From Clostridiaceae bacterium (GTDB lineage: Bacteria; Bacillota; Clostridia; Oscillospirales; Acutalibacteraceae): a DNA stretch of 24,605 nucleotides. Under the pieces are notes generated by a model. That model was not told the DNA's origin. It did no database searches and saw nothing but the letters and a program-made list of their open reading frames with translations. Both the position numbers and the translations under genes were made by a program. The stretch lies in contig JAEDML010000001.1 of NCBI GenBank assembly GCA_016303035.1, positions 1-24,605 on the forward strand, read 5' to 3'. This document shows positions 17,962-24,605 of the stretch, one piece after another; the first letter of the stretch is position 1, and each line of letters opens with the position of its first letter.

Positions 17962-19122
17962 TCAAACTATTCTTACCCTGATAACGCCTTCGATATTTTC
18001 AATCTTTTCGGCAACGGTATCAACATTGTCGGTACCTATATCAAGCATTGTATAGGCATAATCGCCGCGCGATTTGTTTAACAGGTTTTCAATGTTAACA
18101 TTGTCCTTTGCAAAAATTCCGGTAATTGCGGTAAGCATATTCGGAATATTCTTATGGATAACGCAAACACGCTTTTTACCGCTGCGCGGCATGGTTATTT
18201 CGGGCAGATTGACCGAGTTTACGATATTTCCGTTCTCGATATAATCAATAAGCTCCTTTGCAGCCATGCTTGCACAGTTATCCTCCGATTCGGGGGTAGA
18301 CGCGCCGAGGTGCGGAATTGCAATAACCCCATCGGTTCCGAGAATATCGTCGGACGGGAAATCGGTTACATAAGCCGCAACCTTGCCTGCTTCAAGCGCC
18401 GCCTTAATTGCCTCGTTATCCACAAGTCCGCCGCGCGCAAAGTTGAGTATACGTACGCCGTCCTTCATTTTGGCTATTGAATCGGTATTTATGATGTTTT
18501 TGGTGGAATCGGCAAGCGGAACATGAAGGGTGATGTAATCGCATTTCTCGAAAATTTCGTTAATATCAAAAATGTGTACGGCGTTGTGGGTAAGATTCCA
18601 CGCCGATTTTACCGAAAGATACGGGTCGTAGCCGTATACCTGCATACCGAGTGCGTTGGCGGCATTGGCAACCATAACTCCGATAGCACCGAGACCTATT
18701 ACGCCCAGCCTTTTACCCTTAATTTCCGGTCCTGCAAAGGCGCTCTTGCCCTTTTCGACCATTTTGCCGACCTCGGCGCCGTTGCCCTTAAGGGTTTTAG
18801 CCCAGTCGATAGCCGAAATTACACGCCTTGAGCTTATAAGCATACCCGCAATTACAAGCTCCTTTACCGCATTGGCATTGGCGCCCGGAGTATTAAAAAC
18901 AACGATTCCGTTTTCGGAACAGCGGTCAATCGGAATATTGTTGGTTCCGGCTCCGGCTCTTGCTATCGCTTTAAGAGTAGAAGGGAATTCAACGTCGTGC
19001 AGCGCGGCGGAGCGCACAATGGCGCCGTCGGCGTTTTCAACCTCGTCGCCTACGGTATACTTATCGTCAAAGACCTGAAGTCCGACCTTGGAAATCTTGT
19101 TATAGGTTTTAATCTTATACAT
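17962..19122 (-). CDS. serA: D-3-phosphoglycerate dehydrogenase with C-terminal ACT domain
   Basis: RAGAGTNNI, NTPGANANAV, GVIGLGAIG, TLHVP, NFARGG, PHLGAST, ACT (HKNIPNML); TAATG-coupled to serC. Confidence 0.93.
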   Translation of the reverse strand: MYKIKTYNKISKVGLQVFDDKYTVGDEVENADGAIVRSAALHDVEFPSTLKAIARAGAGTNNIPIDRCSENGIVVFNTPGANANAVKELVIAGMLISSRRVISAIDWAKTLKGNGAEVGKMVEKGKSAFAGPEIKGKRLGVIGLGAIGVMVANAANALGMQVYGYDPYLSVKSAWNLTHNAVHIFDINEIFEKCDYITLHVPLADSTKNIINTDSIAKMKDGVRILNFARGGLVDNEAIKAALEAGKVAAYVTDFPSDDILGTDGVIAIPHLGASTPESEDNCASMAAKELIDYIENGNIVNSVNLPEITMPRSGKKRVCVIHKNIPNMLTAITGIFAKDNVNIENLLNKSRGDYAYTMLDIGTDNVDTVAEKIENIEGVIRVRIV

Positions 19123-20204
19123 TATGCATTTTCCTCTTCAAATTTTTTCATAAAGCTGACGAGCTTTTCTACACCCTCTATCGGCATCGCATTATAAATA
19201 GAGGCTCTCATTCCGCCTACACTGCGGTGTCCCTTGATATTTACAAAGCCGTTTTGCTTAGCTTCGGCTACAAACTTTGCGTCGAGCTCGTCATTGCCGG
19301 TGATAAACGGAACATTCATAAGCGAACGGTCCTCAGGAACAACGGTACCCTTAAAGAGCTTGCTTGAATCAAGGAAATCATAAAGAATCTTAGCCTTTTT
19401 CTCGTTAATCTTCTTCATTTCCTCAAGTCCGCCCATTTTCTTAATCCATTTAAATACAAGGCCGGCTATGTAGATTGTATAGCACGGGGGCGTGTTAAAC
19501 ATTGAACCGTTTTCGGAATGAGTCTTGTAGTTTAACATAGTCGGAGTGATATCCATTGCGTTTCCGATAAGATCCTTGCGGATTATAACAATGGTAACGC
19601 CTGCCGGCGCAACATTTTTCTGAGCGCCTGCATAAAGCACGCCGAACTTGGTAACATCAATCGGCTCGGAAAGGATACAGCTTGAAATGTCGGCTACAAG
19701 CGGTACCTTACCGGTATCGGGCAGCTGATGGTATTTTGTGCCGTAAATCGTGTTGTTCATACAAATATGAACATAATCGGCTTCGGGGTCAAAATCGGCC
19801 GCCGTTGTCTTCGGAATATAGGAGTAGGTTTTATCGGCAGAGGACGCTACAACGCGAGCCTCACCGTAACGAGCCGCCTCCTTATACGCCTTGTTTGCCC
19901 ACTGACCCGTAATAATATAATCCGCCTTATGGTTTTTGTTCATAAGATTAAGCGGAACCATAGCAAACTGAGTAGACGCGCCGCCCTGCAGGAAAAGCAC
20001 ATCATAATCATCGGGTATATTCATTATATCGCGAAGATCCGCCTCCGCCTGTTTGATTATAGCGTCGTATTCCTTTGAACGGTGGGACATTTCCATAACC
20101 GACTGTCCGCTGTCTCCGTATTCAAGCATTTCTGCCGCGGCGGTCTTAAGAACTTCCTCGGGAAGCATTGAGGGACCGGCGCTGAAATTATAAACTCTTG
20201 CCAT
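19122..20204 (-). CDS. serC: Phosphoserine aminotransferase
   Basis: YNFSAGPS, SVMEMSHRS, FLQGGAS, NNTIYG, GAQKN (PLP lysine), NTPP, GHRSVGGMRASIYNA. Start at ATG 20204 or 20210 after GGAGG; the longer ORF start crosses the promoter. Confidence 0.97.
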   Translation of the reverse strand: MARVYNFSAGPSMLPEEVLKTAAAEMLEYGDSGQSVMEMSHRSKEYDAIIKQAEADLRDIMNIPDDYDVLFLQGGASTQFAMVPLNLMNKNHKADYIITGQWANKAYKEAARYGEARVVASSADKTYSYIPKTTAADFDPEADYVHICMNNTIYGTKYHQLPDTGKVPLVADISSCILSEPIDVTKFGVLYAGAQKNVAPAGVTIVIIRKDLIGNAMDITPTMLNYKTHSENGSMFNTPPCYTIYIAGLVFKWIKKMGGLEEMKKINEKKAKILYDFLDSSKLFKGTVVPEDRSLMNVPFITGNDELDAKFVAEAKQNGFVNIKGHRSVGGMRASIYNAMPIEGVEKLVSFMKKFEEENA

Positions 20205-20241
20205 ATTCATTCTACCTCCAAAATTTTTTGCGTTGTAGTAC

Positions 20242-20270
20242 ATTATATACGCGGCAGAATTTTTTGTCAA
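20242..20270 (-). promoter_or_regulatory. Consensus sigma-A promoter of serC-serA
   Basis: Minus strand TTGACA (20270-20265), 17 nt, TATAAT (20247-20242): perfect consensus. Confidence 0.9.
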
Positions 20271-20388
20271 TACATTTGTTAAAAAAATAACAGCATTTTT
20301 AAATTTCTTTGTTTTCGCCACGAAAACTTTGTTAAATAATTGTCAATATGCTTTGATAGCACTTTACTCTGAATTATGCAAAATAATC

Positions 20389-20417
20389 TTGTAAAGCGTC
20401 GTAAACTCTGCTATAAT
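20389..20417 (+). promoter_or_regulatory. Sigma-A promoter (extended -10) for the DivIVA-like/fumarase-beta unit
   Basis: TTGTAA (20389-20394), 17 nt, TATAAT (20412-20417) preceded by TGn. Confidence 0.75.
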
Positions 20418-20455
20418 ATTAAAAACAGTATGTTTTGGTAATATAGGAGGAAAAT

Positions 20456-21004
20456 ATGTCGGTAGGATTCAGAAAAAGTCTGTTCGGTTTTAACTGTGAC
20501 GATGTTATGCAGTACATAGAAAAGACCCACAAGACCTTTAAGGACAAGCAGACCGAGCTTACAGAGCAGGTCGAGGAGCTTAATGAAAAGCTTAATCTTT
20601 CAAGGGAGGATTATGCCGCTGTCTCTGCGGAAAAAGACCGTATAGCATTACAGCTTAAGGAGTTTACCGACAAATATGATGAAATACAACGGCTTTCCGA
20701 AAACATCGGCAAGCTTTATCTTGTCGCGCAGGCAAACGCTCAGGCTATTATGGCAAATTCGGCCGAAAGCTCAAATTTAGCTTCGGGCGAGGTTGAGCGC
20801 AATCTCGCCGCTATTGACGAAGCGCACGAATCACTCGGTGAGCTTAAAGAAAATATACTTTCCACCTCTAACGCCTTTGTTGCCGAGGTTGACAGAATGA
20901 TATCCTCTCTTACCGAAACCAAGGATAAAATTGCCGAAAACACTGTATCAACCGAAGAGTGCAAGGCTAATTTTGAAGAAGTTTATAACAGTATAGTAAA
21001 ATGA
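20456..21004 (+). CDS. Coiled-coil protein with DivIVA-like N-terminus
   Basis: FRKSLFGFNCDDVMQYIE resembles the DivIVA F.KS..GY...EV motif; heptad-rich body; IGKLYLVAQANA resembles IQNVLLSAQKLA of the DivIVA at 6501-7265; strong AGGAGG RBS. Confidence 0.7.
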   Translation: MSVGFRKSLFGFNCDDVMQYIEKTHKTFKDKQTELTEQVEELNEKLNLSREDYAAVSAEKDRIALQLKEFTDKYDEIQRLSENIGKLYLVAQANAQAIMANSAESSNLASGEVERNLAAIDEAHESLGELKENILSTSNAFVAEVDRMISSLTETKDKIAENTVSTEECKANFEEVYNSIVK

Positions 21005-21531
21005 AAGAATATAATCTCACGACCGAACAATTACCTGAATTCTGCGAGAAACTGCACGCAGGCGACAGGGTAATTCTTTCGGGAACCGTTTATACCTCGC
21101 GCGACGCCGCGCACAAACGAATATTTGAATTGCTTGAAAGTAAAGGAGAGCTTCCCTATCCTATTAAAGGCTCGGTAATTTACTACGCAGGACCCACCCC
21201 CACACCCGCCGGTATGGCGATAGGCAGCTGCGGACCGACAACCTCTAAGCGTATGGATCCGTATACGCCGCGATTGCTTGATTTAGGTCTTGCCGCCACC
21301 ATAGGAAAGGGCGACCGCTCACAAGAGGTTGAAGAAGCGATTCGCCGAAACCGCTCGGTATACCTTTGCGCAATAGGCGGCGCGGGTGCGCTTGCCGCTT
21401 TAAGCATTTCAAACTGCGAGGTCATAGCCTTTGAAGATCTCGGCTGTGAATCGGTAAAAAAACTTGAACTGAAAGATTTTCCCTTAATCGTAGGTATTGA
21501 CTGTAACGGGGGAAATATTTTTAAAAAATAA
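21001..21531 (+). CDS. Fe-S hydro-lyase (class I fumarate hydratase/tartrate dehydratase) beta subunit
   Basis: GTVYTSRDAAHKR, YYAGPTP, GSCGPTTSKRMD, IGKGDR, GGAGAL and EDLG motifs; ATGA overlap with the upstream gene. Confidence 0.93.
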   Translation: MKEYNLTTEQLPEFCEKLHAGDRVILSGTVYTSRDAAHKRIFELLESKGELPYPIKGSVIYYAGPTPTPAGMAIGSCGPTTSKRMDPYTPRLLDLGLAATIGKGDRSQEVEEAIRRNRSVYLCAIGGAGALAALSISNCEVIAFEDLGCESVKKLELKDFPLIVGIDCNGGNIFKK

Positions 21532-21540
21532 AAACAAAGT

Positions 21541-21585
21541 TTAAAAGAGGTTCTGCCGTCAAAATTTCGGCAGAACCTCTTTAAT
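21541..21585. terminator. Bidirectional intrinsic terminator between fumarase beta and GH16
   Basis: Perfect 15-bp inverted repeat AAAGAGGTTCTGCCG (21544-21558) / CGGCAGAACCTCTTT (21568-21582). Confidence 0.88.
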
Positions 21586-21604
21586 ATTTCAAAATAACAT
21601 TATA

Positions 21605-22483
21605 TTACTTCACTTCATCAAATACGCGCACATAATCCACAGTAAAGGTATCGCCCTCGGCCTTTTCCAAATCATCCCACTGGGACCAGCTGGAAGAACG
21701 GTATCCCACAGCCTCGGTAGAAATCAAAATAAACTGCTCGGTTTGAGAGACAGGATACGGGGCTTTAACCTCCCATGTCATTTCACCGTCTACATAATAG
21801 CGGTAGTATTCATCGGTCCATTCAAGTCCGAATATATGATATCCGTCTTCTGTTTCTTTAAGCGGCACCCGAAAAACTCCCGTGCTTTGATGTTGTGTGC
21901 CATAGCCGTTCCAATGATTGTTGTGTGTAATTATATTATGCGGCTCGTACTTAGTGCGCCAGAACTGCTCCATAATATCTACCTCCACACCGCTGAATTC
22001 GGGGTTAAGGGTAGTGCCGATTATAGGTGATTGAAGCCAAAAGGCGCTCCACCAGCCTTCCTTTTGCTGCATTTTGCAGCGGCATTCGTAATAGCCGTAT
22101 TTATGCATAAATTTCGGCTGCTTTATTTCGCCGATAGGCCACTTGTAATAATTCTCGTTTTTATCTTCTGCTTCGCGGTTTTCGGCGGATGAAACATCGT
22201 ACTCCTCCGACTCGCCGTCCATAAGATTATAACCCGTTTGAAGCTGAGTCGTACAGTAGACCCCATTGCGTTTTTCAAGCTTAAATACTATATTTGATTT
22301 TCCGTCTATTTCATATGCGTCCTCTACCCAATGCGGCGAGCGTTTGCCCATCATATTAAGACGGGGGACCCATTTCGCGGTATCAAGTTTTTCACCGTCA
22401 AACTCATCCGCCCAAACAAGTTTCCAGCTCTTGCCTTCGGGCAAAAGGCTCGGAGCGTGATTTTCCACTTCAAATTTTTTCAT
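21605..22483 (-). CDS. Glycoside hydrolase family 16 protein, no signal peptide
   Basis: WKLVWADEFDG, YGYYECR, GWWSAFW, catalytic EVDIME, YHIFGLEW..Y.YYVDG, FTVDYVRVF; AAGGAGG RBS. Confidence 0.92.
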   Translation of the reverse strand: MKKFEVENHAPSLLPEGKSWKLVWADEFDGEKLDTAKWVPRLNMMGKRSPHWVEDAYEIDGKSNIVFKLEKRNGVYCTTQLQTGYNLMDGESEEYDVSSAENREAEDKNENYYKWPIGEIKQPKFMHKYGYYECRCKMQQKEGWWSAFWLQSPIIGTTLNPEFSGVEVDIMEQFWRTKYEPHNIITHNNHWNGYGTQHQSTGVFRVPLKETEDGYHIFGLEWTDEYYRYYVDGEMTWEVKAPYPVSQTEQFILISTEAVGYRSSSWSQWDDLEKAEGDTFTVDYVRVFDEVK

Positions 22484-22529
22484 ATTTTTCTTTTCCTCCT
22501 TTACATAAATAAATCTTTGTGATATTTTT

Positions 22530-22577
22530 AATATAGCACATTGTCACAGTATTTTGTTTATAAAATCTATTTTGTTT
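22530..22577 (-). promoter_or_regulatory. Candidate activator-dependent promoter of GH16 with direct repeats
   Basis: Minus strand TG-C-TATATT extended -10 (22538-22530), no good -35; TATTTTGTTT repeated at 22550-22559 and 22568-22577. Confidence 0.45.
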
Positions 22578-22612
22578 TTTAAAAATTCTCTTTTTTGAGG
22601 AGGATATATTTT

Positions 22613-23407
22613 ATGGGTAACAACTTGCCTAAAATTTACTGTGCGGGATTTTATGACAGTAAAAAACACTTTAACGAGGCAAAAATATCCCCTGAAAGAC
22701 GCGTTAAATATTACGAGATTGAAATGTTCTGCCGTGACGGCGGCAGTTCATTTATAAACGGGCAAAGAAACATTATAGAAAAAGGCAATATTTTGGTTGC
22801 AAAACCCGGTGATATGCGCTGCAGCAAGCTGCATTTTACCGCAAAATATATTCATTTTGAGGCTGATGACAGCCTAATAGCAGAATTGCTTGATTCCTTG
22901 TCCGCTTTTTACCGATTTGACTTTACGGAAGAATTTGAAGACCTATTCGACGAAGTATACCGATGCATACTTTCCGAAAATAAATATGCTATGATTTTAG
23001 CATCAGCAAAACTGCTTGAGCTTATCTACAAATTAAAAAGCGAAACACTTATGATAGAAAGCGGCAAACGCAATTTTAATCAATCACCTATATTAAAGGC
23101 TGTTAATTATATTACCTTTCATTACACGGAAAACATAAGCACACATGACATTGCCAAGCACTGCGGTATGAGCGTTTCATATTTTCACAAAAAATTTGTT
23201 GAGGCAAACGGAATTACGCCTAATGAATACATAAATAAACTCCGTATTTCCGAAGCTAAAAAAATGCTGTTATCAGGCAATGAACCTGTTTCAATAATAG
23301 CTGAAAAATGCGGATTTAATTCTCAGGCATACTTTACGTACTGCTTTAAAAAGTCGGAGGATACCTCTCCGCTTAAATATCGAAATTCGGGTAAATACAT
23401 TATATAA
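22613..23407 (+). CDS. AraC-family transcriptional regulator
   Basis: N-terminal cupin-like sensor, C-terminal double HTH (IAKHCGMSVSYFHKKF..TPNEY..RISEAKKML..IAEKCGFNSQAYF..FKK..SPLKYR); ATG 22613 after GAGGAGG. Confidence 0.95.
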   Translation: MGNNLPKIYCAGFYDSKKHFNEAKISPERRVKYYEIEMFCRDGGSSFINGQRNIIEKGNILVAKPGDMRCSKLHFTAKYIHFEADDSLIAELLDSLSAFYRFDFTEEFEDLFDEVYRCILSENKYAMILASAKLLELIYKLKSETLMIESGKRNFNQSPILKAVNYITFHYTENISTHDIAKHCGMSVSYFHKKFVEANGITPNEYINKLRISEAKKMLLSGNEPVSIIAEKCGFNSQAYFTYCFKKSEDTSPLKYRNSGKYII

Positions 23408-23479
23408 CAAATTTGTTTTATCAAACCTTCGCCCGATACATATCATATGTATATAGAATTATTTTGCGAGGGTTTGATT

Positions 23480-24097
23480 ATGTACAACAATTACTATCCC
23501 TTTATAAACCTGCCGCTGAACTTTGCATATGATTCGTTGGAACCCTATATTGACGAAAAGACAATGCATCTGCATCACGACCGCCATCTTCAAACATATA
23601 TTGATAATTTAAACGATATTTTAAAGGATAATCCGCGGCTGCAAAGGCTTTCTCTTGAACAGCTTATAATATCTGCCGACAGACTGCCCTGTAAACTGAG
23701 AGATAAAGTAAAAAACAACGCCGGCGGAGTTTACAATCACCGATTTTTCTTTGACGGGCTGCGTAATCCGTCCGAAAATCAGCCGTCAGGCGCGCTTGAA
23801 GAAAAAATAAACCGACAGTTTGGAAGCTTTTCTGAATTCAAAGCAGAATTTAAAAAAGCCGCTCTGTCGGTTTTCGGTTCGGGGTACGCCTGGCTTGTCG
23901 GAAACGGCTGCGGTTTAAAAATAATTACCACGCCTAATCAAAACTGCCCGATAGCGCAGGGTTTTCGCCCGATTATTACCGTCGATGTATGGGAACACGC
24001 CTATTATCTTAAACATTATAATCTGCGCGGCGATTATATAGACGACTGGTTTAAAATTATAAATTGGGAGCAGGCAGAAAAAAACAGTATTCTTTAA
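23480..24097 (+). CDS. Fe/Mn superoxide dismutase (Mn-type-like signature residues)
   Basis: LEPYIDEKTMHLHHDRH, NNAGGVYNH, FGSGYAWL, TPNQ, DVWEHAYY; all four metal ligands visible. Start placed at ATG 23480 after GAGGG. Confidence 0.93.
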   Translation: MYNNYYPFINLPLNFAYDSLEPYIDEKTMHLHHDRHLQTYIDNLNDILKDNPRLQRLSLEQLIISADRLPCKLRDKVKNNAGGVYNHRFFFDGLRNPSENQPSGALEEKINRQFGSFSEFKAEFKKAALSVFGSGYAWLVGNGCGLKIITTPNQNCPIAQGFRPIITVDVWEHAYYLKHYNLRGDYIDDWFKIINWEQAEKNSIL

Positions 24098-24111
24098 AAT
24101 CAATATAAAGC

Positions 24112-24151
24112 CAACGCCGCAAATGCAGAAGATTCTGCACTTACGGCGTTG
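24112..24151. terminator. Long hairpin/terminator between convergent SOD and cupin genes
   Basis: CAACGCCG-C-AA-A-TGCAGAA / TTCTGCA-C-TT-A-CGGCGTTG inverted repeat with two C/A mismatches on +. Confidence 0.75.
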
Positions 24152-24172
24152 AATTTTGGTTACGGCTTATCT

Positions 24173-24604
24173 CTAATCACCACTGGCGTCGGCTATTCTT
24201 TTGGTTTTATGAACCGTTCCGTGCGGATGCTTCGGCGGCGCATAAACCGAATAAACCTTAATCGGAGAGCAACCTGTATTGATTATGTTGTGCCATGTGC
24301 CGGCAGGGACGAACACGGCGTCTCCTGCTCCGATACATTTCTCAAAATTAAGATTTTCTTTTGAACATCCCATTTTGACAATGCCGACGCCTGACTCCAA
24401 GCGGATAAACTGGTCTGTATCGGAATGCATTTCAAGACCTATTTCGCCGCCCGCCGGAATACACATAAGTGTAAGCTGAAGATGACAGCCGGTCCATAAT
24501 GCCGTTCTGAAATTATTATTGCGGCAGGTTGCCTTTTCAATATCGGTAACAAACGGTTGTGGACCGTAATCCGTTATGCGTGAATTCTCGTCTTTGCCGT
24601 TATA
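24173..24604 (-). CDS. Cupin-domain protein (YrkC-like), 5' end outside the window
   Basis: The frame stays open from the ORF-track Met (24466) to the edge: YNGKDENSRITDYGPQPFVTDIEKATCRNNNFRTALWTGCHLQLTLMCIP..IGLEMH..DQF..VPAGTWHNIIN..YAPPKHP, with cupin motifs. Confidence 0.88.
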   Translation of the reverse strand, partial: YNGKDENSRITDYGPQPFVTDIEKATCRNNNFRTALWTGCHLQLTLMCIPAGGEIGLEMHSDTDQFIRLESGVGIVKMGCSKENLNFEKCIGAGDAVFVPAGTWHNIINTGCSPIKVYSVYAPPKHPHGTVHKTKRIADASGD

Positions 24605-24605
24605 A

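Noticed and set aside
20211..20321. N-terminal extension of SerC in the ORF track
   Set aside because: Runs through the consensus promoter; the RBS and family N-terminus point to 20204/20210.
24149..24479. Plus-strand ORFs 24149-24364 and 24279-24479
   Set aside because: Antisense to the cupin gene, whose frame is clearly supported to the window edge.

Overview
Mostly core chromosome from a Firmicute, most consistent with an anaerobic Clostridia (Oscillospiraceae/Ruminococcaceae-like) organism; this is inferred from gene content and order. A ~15.4 kb minus-strand run of 15 tightly packed genes (miaB, a YlbF/RicA-family gene, mutS, mutL, miaA, an HlyD-like membrane protein, yggS, sepF, ylmH, divIVA, lspA, an RluA/RluD-family synthase, a Cof-type HAD, and split transketolase N/C) starts at a sigma-A-like promoter and ends at a hairpin terminator. 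To the left are uvrC and a divergent small lipoprotein with an Ada-type metal-binding domain. To the right are serC-serA, a divergent two-gene unit (second DivIVA-like protein plus a lone fumarate hydratase beta subunit), a GH16/AraC divergent pair, an Fe/Mn SOD and a cupin truncated by the window edge. I see no rRNA, tRNA, CRISPR array, transposase, prophage or defence system, and no clearly new system. The best leads are modest: a RicA/YlbF-like protein with a Cys-rich tail, the DivIVA-paralog/fumarase-beta unit with two Rex-like boxes, the HlyD-like gene inside the division cluster, and a divergent MiaA motif.
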